64,000 bases of DNA from Raja brachyura (Eukaryota), in NCBI GenBank assembly GCA_963514005.1, contig OY740818.1, positions 17,608,001 to 17,672,000 on the forward strand. Reading direction: 5' to 3'. Under the pieces are notes generated by a model. It was not told the DNA's origin, ran no database searches, and was given only the letters and a program-made list of their open reading frames with translations. The position numbers and the translations under genes are program-made. This document shows, in pieces, positions 12,898 through 25,150 of this stretch. Positions within the stretch are counted from its first letter, which is position 1; each line of letters begins with the position of its first letter.

Positions 12898-13432
12898 TAG
12901 AAACATAGAAATTAGGTGCAGGAGTAGGCCATTCGGCCCTTCGAGCCTGCACCGCCATTCAATATGATCATGGCTGATCGTCCAACTCAGTATCCCGTAC
13001 CTGCCTTCTCTCCATACCCTCTGATCCCCTTAGCCACAAGGGCCACATCTAACTCCCTCTTAAATATAGCCAATGAACTGGCCTCAACTACCCTCTGTGG
13101 CAGAGAGTTCCAGAGACCCACCACTCTCTGTGTGAAAAAAGTCCTTCTCATCTCGGTCCTAAAGGATTTCCCCCTTATCCTCAAGCTGTGACCCCTTGTC
13201 CTGGACCTCCCCAACATCGGGAACAATCTTCCTGCATCTAGCCTGTCCAACCCCTTAAGAATTTTGTAAGTTTCTATAAGATCCCCTCTCAATCTCCTAA
13301 ATTCTAGAGAGTATAAACCGAGTCTATCCAGTCTTTGTTCATAAGACAGTCCTGACATCCCAGGAATCAGTCTGGTGAACCTTCTCTGCACTCCCTCTAT
13401 GGCAATAATGTCCTTCCTCAGATTTGGAGACC
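12898..13432 (-). mobile_element. CR1 LINE 3' fragment
   Basis: ORF 12987-13391 is the CR1 RT C-terminus, near-identical to the copy at 470-1210. Confidence 0.92.
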
Positions 13433-13873
13433 CTCTCTTTCCCTCTCTCTCAATCCCTTCTCCGACCAGTCTGACTGTTTCTGACTACATGTTAACTCTG
13501 TTTGCTTTGTCGTTAGCTTGTCCAAACTAATAATGATCTATTCTCCATTTTCCTTGAGTTTCCATTCCCTTTGTCCTGTTTACACGCCTTGCACCTCCTT
13601 ATCTATGGCTCTCCCTCTCCCCTGACATCAGTCTGAAGAAGGGTCTCCCCCCCAGAGATGCTGCCTGTCCCGCTGAGTTACTCCAGCATTTTGTGTCTAT
13701 CTTCGGCTTAAACCAGCACCTGCAGTTCCTTCCGACACATTCCTTTAACTGAATATAAACTGCGGTGAGATTTCAGCTCCTGCCTGTGGATTATTGGGCG
13801 CGCCCATTATTTTGAACCAAGCGATGAAAGAATATGAATAGCCCACAATTTAGCCTGTGTGGTAACAAACTAA

Positions 13874-14112
13874 AGGGCCTGTCCGACTTTGACGACCTTA
13901 TTCACAACCTTTTTTACTCGTGGACATTTTTTATCAGGTTCAAAAAACGCCCCGACCTACTTGATGCCACGAGTACCTACAACTAGCATCACGGCCTGCT
14001 ACGACCTACCCACGATCTCGTGACGACCATGCTCCGAGTATGAGTCAAGGGCAAACTCGGCAGAGGTTGTGAATTAGGTCGTGAATTAGGTCGTGAAAGT
14101 GGGACAGGCCCT
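13874..14112. mobile_element. Harbinger-type MITE (same subfamily as 46397-46624)
   Basis: TIR AGGGCCTGTCC.ACTTT.ACGACCT; TAA/TAT flanks. Confidence 0.82.
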
Positions 14113-14380
14113 TATGAATGGTTAGAAGGTTCACATCAAGACCCACAGCTGGAAGCTGTAGAAATCCATGCTGACAATCCATCACAAGACTGACAAGGAG
14201 CAACAGGGGAGCCTAGAACGGACTTTCTGATGGGAATTGGAATCCCATGGTGAAGATGAGTTGGTGGGTGCCAGGGAATTGAAAGTTGCTAAAATGGTGG
14301 ATAACTCGATGGAGTTATGCAGAACTTGATGGGAACAGGATGAGGCCATTCTGCCCATCAAGATATAAATCATAGCTGAT

Positions 14381-14868
14381 TCCAGACTGATTCCTGGGAT
14401 GTCAGGACTTTCATATGAGAAAAGACTGGATAGACTCGGCTTGTACTCGCTGGAATTTAGAAGATTGAGGGGGGATCTTATAGACACTTACAAAATTCTT
14501 AAGGGGTTGGACAAGCTAGATGCAGGAAGATTGTTCCCGATGTTGGGGGAGTCCAGAACAAGGGGTCACAGTCTAAGGATAAGGGGGAATTCCTTTAGGA
14601 CCAAGATGAGGAAAACATTCTTTACACAGAGAGTGGTGAGTCTCTGGAATTCTCTGCCACAGAAGGTAGTTGAGGCCAGTTCATTGGCTATATTTAAGAG
14701 GGCGTTAGATGTGGCACTTGTGGCTAAAGGGATCAGGGAGTATGGAGAGAAGGCAGGTACGGGATACTGAGTTGGATGATCAGCCATGATCATGTTGAAT
14801 GGCGGTGCAGGCTCGAAGGGCCGAATGGCCTACTCCTGCACCTATTTTTCTATGTTTCTATGTTTCTA
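14381..14868 (+). mobile_element. CR1 LINE 3' fragment nested in an older antisense CR1 end
   Basis: ORF 14399-14770; (TTCTATGT)n tail. Confidence 0.9.
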
Positions 14869-15756
14869 TATTTCCCTCTTAGCCCCATTCTCCTGCCTTC
14901 GCCCCAGAGCCCTTGACACCCGCACTAATCAAGAATCTATCTATCTCTGTCTTAAAAGTATCCATTGACTCAGCCTCCATAGCCTTCTGTGGCAATGAAT
15001 TCCCCAGAATGACCACTATTCGGTAACCTGGCCTCGTGTTCGGTACGGACATTGTGGGCTGAAGGGCCTGGTGCTGTATCCTGGTTTCCATTTTCAATGC
15101 ATCTTGCAAGAAGTGAGTGACAAAGCTGTTCGTCGGAATGATTATGTAAGCTGGTAGAGTTGTTTGTAGAGAGGATATATAATGGATATTTTTAATGTTC
15201 AGCTGCTAGTTATAACAATCCAGCTGATTCCACAGGATGTGAACGCTTTCTGTCTCAACCCCTGCTGGGCTCTGCGCTCCTTGGTGGTAAACAACTAATT
15301 GGCATTGAAATAGAAAGTTGGACCTATTTCACATCAAAATCTTCTTGTTCTCGCAGCAAAAGTGGAACCTTTGCAAGTGCTGTGATTTGGAAAATTGCAA
15401 TCTGCTCAGCAAGAAGCATCAGCAATCAATGTTTCACAGGTTTAGCTCAGTTTATTTAGTTTGGGGAAACATCATGCAAACAGGCCGTTCGGTCCATCGA
15501 GATCACGCTGACCATCGATTACACTAGCTTCGTGTTATCCCACTTTCCAATTCACACCCCACACACTTGGGACAACTTACAGCCGCCAGTTAACCTGCAA
15601 ACCCAAGATAGACACAAAGAGCTGGAGTAACTCGGCGGGCCAGACAGCATCTCTGTAGAAACGGAACAGGGTAACGTTTCGGGTCTATGTTAGGTCGACC
15701 TGAAACGCCACCCATTCCTTCTCTCCAGAGATGCTGTCTGACCCGCTGAGTTACCC

Positions 15757-16058
15757 CAGAACCGGGAGCCACAGTTTAAGAATAAGGAGTAAGCCATTTA
15801 GAACGGAGACGAGGAAACACTTTTTCTCACAGAGAGTGGTGAGTCTGTGGAATTCTCTGCCTCAGAGGGCGGTGGAGGCCGGTTCTCTGGATGCTTTCAA
15901 GAGAGAGCTAGATAGGGCTCTTAAGGATAGTGGAGTCAGGGGATATGGGGAGAAGGCAGGAACGGGGTACTGATTGGGGATGATTAGCCATGATCACATT
16001 GAATGGCGGTGCTGCCTCGAAGGGCTGAAGGGCCTACTCCTGCACCTATTGTCTATTG
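15757..16058 (+). mobile_element. CR1 LINE 3' fragment inside a Penelope repeat
   Basis: RTGSHSLRIR...[10 protein letters not shown]. Confidence 0.85.
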
Positions 16059-16239
16059 TCCAGGTTTTTGTGTTTATCTTCGGTCTAACCCGGCATCTGC
16101 AGTTCCTTCCTACACAACTCAGTTTCTCTCTCCATAGAGGCTGCCAAACCAACTGAGCATTTCAAACGATCTTGGTTTCTGGAAACTATGACCTGCAGAT
16201 GCCGGTTTACATCAAGGTGGACAAAAAGTGCTACAGTAG

Positions 16240-16546
16240 AGGGCCAGTCCCGCTGTACGAGTTTACCCAAGAGCTCTCCCGAGTCAAAAAAAAAATCAAA
16301 CTCGTGGTAAGCACGTAGAATGTACGTAGCGGGTACGTCGGAGCTCGGGACGTCTCTTCGCGGCTCGTAACGCTAACGGCAGGTACTCGGGAAACGGGGT
16401 AAGCTAGTGAAGATTTTTCAACATGTTGAAAAATGTCCACGAGAGCCCCGAGTACCTACGAGCGGCCATTACCGTAATTCTCCGAGTTCAAATCAGGGGA
16501 AACTCGGGAGAACTCTTGAATTAGCTCGTACAGTGGGACAGCCCCT
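16240..16546. mobile_element. Harbinger-type MITE inserted in a Penelope-derived repeat
   Basis: TIRs AGGGCCAGTCCCGCTGTACGAG / CTCGTACAGTGGGACAGCCCCT; TAG/TAA flanks. Confidence 0.82.
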
Positions 16547-16711
16547 TAAGTCTGCGGATCAGGCAGCATCTTTGGAGAAAAAAGATGGGTGACGTTTCAG
16601 GCCGGGACCTTTCTTCAGACTTGTTTTTCTGGATATATCACTTGTGTTTAATACATTAAAAAAATAAGACACTAACCAAGTGCTGGAAGATAAAATTAAA
16701 GGTAAAATACA

Positions 16712-17382
16712 AGCACGCAGGTACAGCAGGCAGTGAAGAAAGCTAATAGCTTGTTCACCTTCATTACAGGAGGAGTTGAGTATGGGAGCAAGGAGGTCCT
16801 TCTGCAGTTGTATAGGGCCCTAGTGAGACCACACCTGGAGCATTGTGTGCAGTTTTGGTCTCCAAATTTGAGGAAAGACATTCTTGTTATTGAGGGAGTG
16901 CAGCGTAGGTTTACAAGGTTAATTCCCGGGATGGCGGGACTGTCATATGCTGAGAGAATGGAGCAGCTGGGCTTGTACATTCTGGAATTTAGAAGGATGA
17001 GAGGGGATCTTATTGAAACATACAAGCTTATTAAGGGATTGAACATGCCAGAGGCAGGAAACATGTTACCGATGTTGGATGAGTCCAGAACCAAGGGCCA
17101 CAGTTTAAAATTAAGGGGTAGGCCATTTAGAATGGAGATGAGAAAAAACTTATTCACCCAGAGAGTGGTGAGTCTGTGGAATTATCTGCCTCGGAAGGCA
17201 GTGGAGGCCAATTCTCTGGATGCTTTCAGGATAGAGTTAGATAGACCTCTTACAGATAGCGGAGTCAGGGGATATGGGGAGAAGGCAGGAACGGGGTACT
17301 GATTGGGGATGATCAGCCATGATCACATTGAATGGCGGTGCTGGAATGGCCTACTCCTGCACATATTGTCTATTGTCTATTG
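16712..17382 (+). mobile_element. CR1 LINE 3' fragment
   Basis: ORF 16733-17302 with LVRPHLEHCVQFWSP; (CTATTGT)n tail. Confidence 0.9.
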
Positions 17383-20300
17383 TAATTATTAATCAGCTTA
17401 TAGTCCAAATGAGTAGATTTTACATGCAGGTATCTGACATCTGAGTCTCTTCAATTCAACAGCAAAAACTGGGGCAAGGTTAAAATGTAGAGTACCGCTG
17501 CCCCCACTAGGTGTAAGATGGAATAGCGTCGAGCTGACCATGATTGGGAAATGCAGAAATGAAGGACTACGGACGCTGGTTAGTACACAATGGGTGACGG
17601 AGTGCTGGAGTAACTCAGCTCGTCAGGCAGCATCTCTGGAGAACATGGATAGGTGACGTTTCAGTTTGAGACCCTTCTTCAGACTGGGTTTGGGGCAAAG
17701 TTTAAGTCTGTTTTCTTGTGTCTCCTCGTTGACTCGGAGTGGTTAGTGTTGCAGTAACTGGACTAACAACCCCAGGATCTGAATATGATCAACAGAAATG
17801 AAGTTTACACCTGCCAGGTCAGTTCAAGAATTGAATATTAATTATAAACAAAGGTGGTGTGGAGTCGACCTGATGTGGAGTTGACTCAGAATCGCACTTT
17901 ATTCGACAAGTATGTTTTGCAACATACGAGGAATTTCATTGGCCAGGTCAGTCGTACAATTTAAAGCAACAGATCACTCAAAAACACATTTTAATATAAA
18001 CATCCACCACAGTGACTCCTCCACATTCCTCACTGTGATGGAAGGCGAAATAAAGTTCAAGTCCTTCCCTTAGTTCTTCCTCGGTCGTGGGCCTCGAGCC
18101 CTCCGTTGATTGGACGATCTTGACTCCCGTAGCCGGTGGCGTTTGGGCTCTCCGCGTCGAGGCGATCCGCTCCAGCATTGGGGGGGTTGTCAGCTCACCC
18201 GCGCCGGGCGATCGAACCTCGCGTCGGGGCTGGTCGAGCCTTCTGCATCGTTGGAGCTCCCGACTCGGCCTCCCCCGAGACTGCGAGCCCTTGGTGTTGG
18301 TTCCGCGGTGGGATCGATTCCAGGCAAGGGATCCGTTCCGATGTTAAGTCCGCGCCCGCGGTGGGGCTCACGACAGCCCGAGGAGGCCTCCAGCTCCAGC
18401 GATGGTGGGCCGCAGAGCCCGGAGAATGTGATCCGGAAAATAATCACATCTCCGGCAAGGTAGGAACTTGAAAAAAATATTCCCCCCTCCTTCCCTCCCC
18501 CCCCCTCCCCCCTCGTAAAACAAACCGAACAACCTTAAAACAAAACTTTTACCAAACTAAAAAAATAACAAAAGAGTGAAAAGACAAAGAGACTGCTGGC
18601 AGAGCTGCCATCTCCCCGGCACCCCTGGTGGTCTCTCTCGATGGGCCGAATGGCCTAATTCTACTCCTGCAACTTGTGAACTACAAATTCTGTTTCCCTT
18701 TCTACAGATGCCGGCTGACCAACTTGGAAATGCCAAACACAAGGAACTGCCGATAGACACAAAATGCTGGAGTAACTCAGCGGGTCAGGCAGCCTCAGGA
18801 GAGAAGGAATGGGTGACGTTTCGGGTCGAGACCCTTCTTCAGACTGAGAGTCAGGGGAGAGGGGAACTAGAGATATGAAAAGGTACATATCTCTATCTCT
18901 AGTTTCATACACTTTTCATACCTCTAGTTTCTTTTGAGGTCATTGGGTCGTCCATTTAGATGTGAGATGTGTTGTGCATCTTTTTTCCACTCTGCAGAGA
19001 CTATCCACTATCCCTCACACGATAGCCACTACCGCCAGGCTAATTCAAAGTCAGACTTGCATATCTTTGGTATGTGGGAGGAAACTGGAGAACCCGGCAA
19101 CAAACACACCCTGGAAATGTCTTTGACACAACCAAACACAAGGATGGCACAGTGGAGCAGCTGATAGAGCTGCTACCTCATTGCATTGGAGACCCAAGTT
19201 CAATCCTGACCTCGGGTGCTGTCTGTGTCGTGTTTTCACGTTCTCCTGTGACCGCGTGGGTTTCCTCTGGATGCTCCGGTTTCATCCAGCGATACAGCGT
19301 GTGGACTCTATGGCCCAACTTGCCCACACCGGCCAACACGCCCCAGCTACACTCAGTACCAGTCCTATCCATGTTCCTGTCTTTAGAACTGATGGACCCA
19401 TCCTCCCTTTGTTGCGAAACCGTGTTGGTTCACAGGTTCATTTGGCCTCTGTAAACTGCCCATTGCGTGCAGGGAGTGGATGAGAAAGTGCATTAACATG
19501 GAACTGGCAATATCTCTGGGGAGAAGGAATGGGAGACCCTTCTTCAGGCTTCTCGACCTGAAACATCACCCATTCCTTCTCTCCAGAGACGACTGCCTGT
19601 CCTGCTGAGTTACTCCAGCTTTTTGTGTCTATCTTCGGATTAAACCACCATCTGCAGTTCCTTCTTACAAATAACATGGAACTAGTGTGAACGGGTAATC
19701 GATGGTCGGAGGGGACTCGGTGGGCTGAAGGGCCTGTTTCTATGCTATATCTCTCACTGGGCTCTGAACAAATGGACCCTCAGTTATGCTGAAAAATGAA
19801 GGGAACCCACTGGCTCTGTGCTCCTGCTAAGTCTTCCCTGACAGGTGCTGAGGGACATAATTGCAGCTCTAATTGCATATGGGTGCTTTAATGTTTAACA
19901 CACTCAGGCCAGGACTGACACACACACACTTGGTTTTTAAAATGCCTTCTTGACACATGAGATATACGGAGTAATGTACTAGTAAAGGCAACGGCAATTA
20001 ACGTGCATTGGGTTCCCTGGTCAAAGACAGAAATGGATAAAGTAATAACATCCCCCTGACAGCTCAGCCCTGTCAGGCTTTACTTAAACCCTGACAAAAT
20101 GTTATTACCTGACTTAATCAGGATGGAAGTGTCGGACAATGGGCTGTTTGATGAGTTGGTGTGCTGTTTCACAATCTACTAATGGGTCTAAATTTATGCC
20201 AATTCCACAGCAGGCTGGAACGTGGAGCGCGGACGTGCATTAATTTTGTTCAAGCTGACGTTGGCTCTTGCGGTAGCTGGACTTGGTGAAAGGCGGAGTG

Positions 20301-21821
20301 GGGGGATAATGATCGTGTTGCAGGTGGCAGAGTAGGCAGTGGCAACGCCTCTAAATCAGGTTAGTGTTCGAGACCGGGACGGGGCAGCTGTGGAACGGAA
20401 GAAATCGAATTTCTAAAATGGGAAGCTGCACAAAGTGGGACAAAGATTAAATCACTTACTGCATCTGCCCTGACAGGACCGGGGCAACCTGCAATGAAAT
20501 TACGCACAAATAAAGAAAAATGGTCCCGGAGACAGATGTGTGCCATTTAGAGTCACAGTCAGTGATACAGTGTGGAAACAGGCCCTTCGGCCCAACCTGC
20601 TCACACCAGCCAACATGTCCCAGCTACACTAGTCCCCCCCTGCCCGCATTTGGTCCATATCCTTCCAAACTTGTCCTATCCATGTACCTGTCTAACTGTT
20701 TCTTAAATATTGGGATAGTCCCTGCCTCAACTACCTCCTCTGGCAGCGTATTCCATATACCCATCACCCTTTGTGTGGAAAAAGTTACCCCTCAGATTCC
20801 GATTAAATCTTCTCCCCTTCACCTTAAGCCCATGTCCTGTGGTCCTCAATTCATCTACTCTGGGCAAGACCAAGAAAGCCAAGTACACCTCGTGCTTCTT
20901 TCCCACCCAATCTTCTGTTGTTGCCACCTTTCAAGGAGCTATTGACTTGCACTCCAAACTCACTATTGTTGCAAAATCATCGCTATCATCTTGAGTCTCC
21001 CTGTCCGTCTCCACACAGGATTTATATGGATATTTGTTTAAAAAGAAACTTGGTCCTGGTGAAGTAGTAACTCCACAAATAAATAGCATCTATTCTGCAC
21101 TATTTAAATCATGTTAAATCACATTTTTATGCATCTTAGACCAATGGCACAGCTTTATTAGCTCCTTAAGGCAAATGTTATGAATAATGGCAAGGTAAAA
21201 AATATCTGTCCCTCGTAATCGGAGCTTCAGAGATGAGTGTAGGAGAGGTGAAAGTGGCTTAATTTTCCGAGTACAGATACATCAATGACATTGTCAATTT
21301 AATGCATTCCAGTGTCTGCGGTTCCTTGTATCACCATAAACCTTTCATGTCTGGGATATTTGGCAAAGTTCAATCCTGATATCCTCAGGATATTGGCGAA
21401 ACTGCGATTTTGATCCATGTTATTGCACAGACTTTATCCGTGCACATGAGAAGGATGCAGTTGCAGACCGTTGACAGTGGAGGGCGATCCTGGGTCGGGT
21501 TACTGCCAATGTTTGATCCCTATAGTGAAGTTTATACAACACAGATACAGGCCCACAGCCCACACTGACCAACGATCACCGTATACGAACCCTATCCTAC
21601 ACACACTAGGGACAATTTACAATCTTTTACCAAAACCTATTAACCTACAAACCTCTGCGTCTTTGGAGTGTGGGCGGAAACTGGAGATCCTGGGGGAAAC
21701 CCACGCTGGTCACGGGGAGAACGTACAAACTCCGTACAGACAGCTCCTGTAGTCAGGATTGGAGCCGAGTCTCTGGCGCTGTGAGGCAGCAGCTCTATCA
21801 TTACGCCACCGTGCCGAGTGA

Positions 21822-22352
21822 AAAATATACATCTTCTAGATGAGCTGGGACGCATCCTCAGTGATGTGACCTGGGGTCATCGGGTGTTTCGGGTCTCACA
21901 ACATCAGACACCCTCGCCCAGGCGACCCAGCCGGGGTTGATCAGGCCCCGACTTGCGTCCCAGCAGCAACCGCCCACGGATCAGCCATCTTAGTAACCAC
22001 TCTGCAGGGATTGGGACACTCTAGTGCGTGGAGGGACTGGGCTCTGTGGGGTGAGTCCCGGCCGGGCTCCTCCTGCGTCTCACCAGGTTCAAGGCCTGTG
22101 CGTGCGCTGCACCTCTTTCTCCTTCTCCGAGCATTTCATTCTCGCCTGATGGGTTTTTAGGCCACGGTGTTTCATTAGGCCTTTCCGTAGCTTTGTTGGG
22201 TGTCTTTCTCATGAAAGTCACAGACTGGGCCGCTAACCCAGCCTGTCCTGGGTGCCGTCTTTCCTTGCCGTCAACTGTCTCTCCAGTAGTCACCAAACTA
22301 TTCTTGGTTGTCACCCAGTCTATTCCTAGGTGCCACTGGCTGAGCCAGACTT
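21822..22352 (-). mobile_element. Internally deleted HERO-like (R2/RLE-type) non-LTR retrotransposon
   Basis: 5' UTR-like start, N-terminal remnant GLKTHQARMKC...PGETQEEPGRDSPHRAQSLH, then C-terminal DPWAVAAGTQVGA* and a structured 3' UTR (GGGTGTCTGATG...GAAACACCC). Family recognised from memory. Confidence 0.65.
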
Positions 22353-22439
22353 TTGATTCTTAAAAGTCATGTTAAATCACATTTTTATGATGATAAGGTT
22401 CCCTTCCCTTCCCTCCTTCCAACCTTCCCTCCATTGATG

Positions 22440-22797
22440 AACTGTACACTGCAAGGACCAGGAAGCGAGCGGGCAAGATCATCTCTGACCCCTCTCACCC
22501 TGGCCACAAACTCTTTGAATCACTTCCCTCTGGAAGGCGACTCCGGATTGTCAAAGCTGCCACAGCCAGACAGTTTTAACCACGAGTAGTTGCTCGACTC
22601 AACAGCCAAAAATCTGTAGCCTCCCTTTGATCTGGTATTTTGTTGGTTCACATGCTTGATCAATGGTGTTTTATTATTATCAATGTTTAGTGTTTTCCGA
22701 GTCATTCGTAACAGTCACTGTATGCCATGTTGTTGCTTGTGGGCAGAGCACCAAGGCAAATTCCTTGTATGTGAATACTTGGCCAATAAACTTACTT
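22440..22797 (+). mobile_element. Rex1/Babar LINE 3' end
   Basis: RAGKIISDPSHPGHKLFESLPSGRRLR; 3' UTR shared with 60060-60175. Confidence 0.75.
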
Positions 22798-23684
22798 AAA
22801 AATGTACCAGGGCTACATTTTAGTGTTTGGATCATTACGTATACAGGTAAGGGGACTCTCGGCAGAGGAGCGCGATCTGCACAGTTTGCAAACAAAATGG
22901 TTGTGAATATATGTGTGTGTGTGTGTGTGTCTGTCACCAATTTATGAGTACTTGTGCACAATTTGTCATTACACTGAAGAGATCATGCCCTAGTGGGAGA
23001 GTCTAGGACCAGAGGCCATAGCCTCAGAATAAAAGGGTGTACCTTTAGAAAGGTGATGAGGAGGAATTTCTTTAGTCAGAGGTTGGTGAATCCTCCCTCT
23101 ACGGAAGCCAATTAACCTACAAACTGGAGATTACAGAGGCTTATTCAGTGGATATTGTTAAGGCGGAGATTTTTAGATTAGTTTAGAGATCAGTGCGGAA
23201 ACAGACCCTTCGGTCCACCAAGTCTAACCTAACCAGCGATCTCCGCACACTGAAACTATCCGATACACACTAGGGACAATTTACAGTTCATTGCTTCTTG
23301 AATTTTAACCTGTTGAACTTTTGGTTTTTCAACCGAAACAAAACAGTGGTTGGGGAAATCTGCCGGAGCGTGAAGGCCATTCTGCAGTTGCACATGGAAG
23401 TGCAGTGATGTGAGTAAACACTGAGTTTCTGTCGGGCTTCGGAGTTTCTGTCCATGGCCACATTTCTGCTTTTGTCTCTTCCTGTGGTGAACGTAGCCAT
23501 GTCTCTGTCACGGGGATCTGCTCCAGAATCTGTGAAGAATGCACCAACAAAACACACTCTGAAACCTTGTTATCTTTCGCAGGTGAGTCGTCCACTTTTG
23601 GCCTGGTGTACTTGCATCGCTTGCTTTCTTATCAGGAGTCAAGACTGTATGTGTGTTTGAAGACACACACAAAAAGCTGGAGTA

Positions 23685-23838
23685 NNNNNNNNNNNNNNNN
23701 NNNNNNNNNNNNNNNNNNNNNNNNNNNNNNNNNNNNNNNNNNNNNNNNNNNNNNNNNNNNNNNNNNNNNNNNNNNNNNNNNNNNNNNNNNNNNNNNNNNN
23801 NNNNNNNNNNNNNNNNNNNNNNNNNNNNNNNNNNNNNN
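23685..23838. other. Assembly gap (154 N)
   Basis: Run of N. Confidence 1.
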
Positions 23839-23899
23839 TGTTTGTGCACGTCCTCATAAATGGGTGGACAGACACACACACATTCACAACCATTTTGTT

Positions 23900-24105
23900 T
23901 ATGTGTGTGCATTGTATGTGTGTATGTGCGTGTGTGTATCTGTGTATGCATTGTGTGTGTGTGTGTATTGTGTGTGTGTGTATTGTTTGTGTGTGTGTGT
24001 GCATCATTTGTGTGTGTGTGCATTGTGTGTGTGCACATTGTGTGTGTGTGTGTGTGTGTATGTGCATTGTGTGCGTGTGTGTGTATGTGTGTGTGAATGT
24101 GTGTT
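23900..24105. repeat. Imperfect (TG)n microsatellite
   Basis: TG dinucleotide array with CAT interruptions. Confidence 0.92.
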
Positions 24106-25017
24106 ACAGTTGTTGCACTTTCATCACAAATTTGAAGTTGAATTTGAAACACAGAATGTCTGCCTGAATGGTAAGAGCCAGCCCAGACTGGGTGGCCAGG
24201 AATAATCTCCGTCCAACGCCTCACTATTGAACCAGTTGGAGTCATGAGGTGTTCCACATGACAGTCAGATCAGCGCCAGCTGTGGGCTGTGAAATAAGCT
24301 TTCCATAGTGACTATTGTGAACATTTGCATAGTTTTTTTTGGTATATTTGCACTAGAGTTCTTAATTAGAAGACTTCTATTTTTTTTAGTGGTCATTATT
24401 TCTATTTCACACATGGCTATCCCTCCTCTCTTGAATCCTGTTGCTCCTATTGTCTATCTGCCGTGATATATTTATCGAAGTCCATGTATATCCTTATAAG
24501 CTAAAGTGCTGATAAAGTGAATGTATCTGCTGACGTCGTCTTCTGTTTGATTTCTGCATTCTGTTGTAAGTAGACACAAAAAGCTGGAGTAACTCAGCGG
24601 GTCAAACAGCATCTCTGGAGGAAAGGAATAGGTGATGTTTTGAGACCCCTCTTCAGACCTGAAATGTCACCTATTGCTTCTCTCCAGAGATGCTGTCTGA
24701 CCCGCTGCGTGACTCCAGCTTTTTGTGTCTTTCATTAAAGAATAGGCAGGTGGGTTTGCATCTTTGGAAAGAAAGAAGACTAAGGATGGGAGGGAGGAAA
24801 GGGGGGAAGGAGTTAATTAAAGTGTAAAAAAGAATAGGAGGGTGTAGCAGGGAGAACAACAACACATTAGTTCCTGGACAGGGCAGATAGCAACGAGGAT
24901 ATAGAGGTTGAAGGGCTCGAGAGGAGTTGAGAAAATAACTTTAAATGGTGACCAGGTTTTGCAATTCACTGCCTGGATAAGTGGTGGAGAATGAAGCGCT
25001 CATTTCACTTATTGGGT

Positions 25018-25071
25018 GGGGTGGAAGGTTGCAACCTTCACGTGGTCCGCCCTGTTTCGACTAATGCAATC
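25018..25071 (+). ncRNA. Minimal HDV-like self-cleaving ribozyme (copy A)
   Basis: P1 GGGGTGG/CCGCCCT with G1.U; P2 GGTTGCA/TGCAATC; P3 ACC/GGT; L3 TTCACGT; J4/2 C-TAA (catalytic C at 25061); P4 reduced to a short loop. Confidence 0.8.
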
Positions 25072-25150
25072 AACTCGACGTGCACAAACGGTAGATCAAA
25101 TAGAACAAGTTGTCCTACAACTTTAGGCTGTGCGCACCACATGAAAGAAG
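25018..25150 (+). mobile_element. Short non-autonomous Vingi-type retroposon with ribozyme head (copy A)
   Basis: 11-bp TSD ACTTATTGGGT (25007-25017 / 25151-25161); GAA-rich tail; near-identical to 58594-58730. Confidence 0.85.

Noticed and set aside
21855-21915. CTGATG...GAAAC in the HERO-like 3' UTR as a hammerhead
   Set aside because: Lacks the full CUGANGA core and a proper stem II/III arrangement
23508-24257. His/Thr and Cys/Val-rich ORFs
   Set aside because: Microsatellite plus N gap
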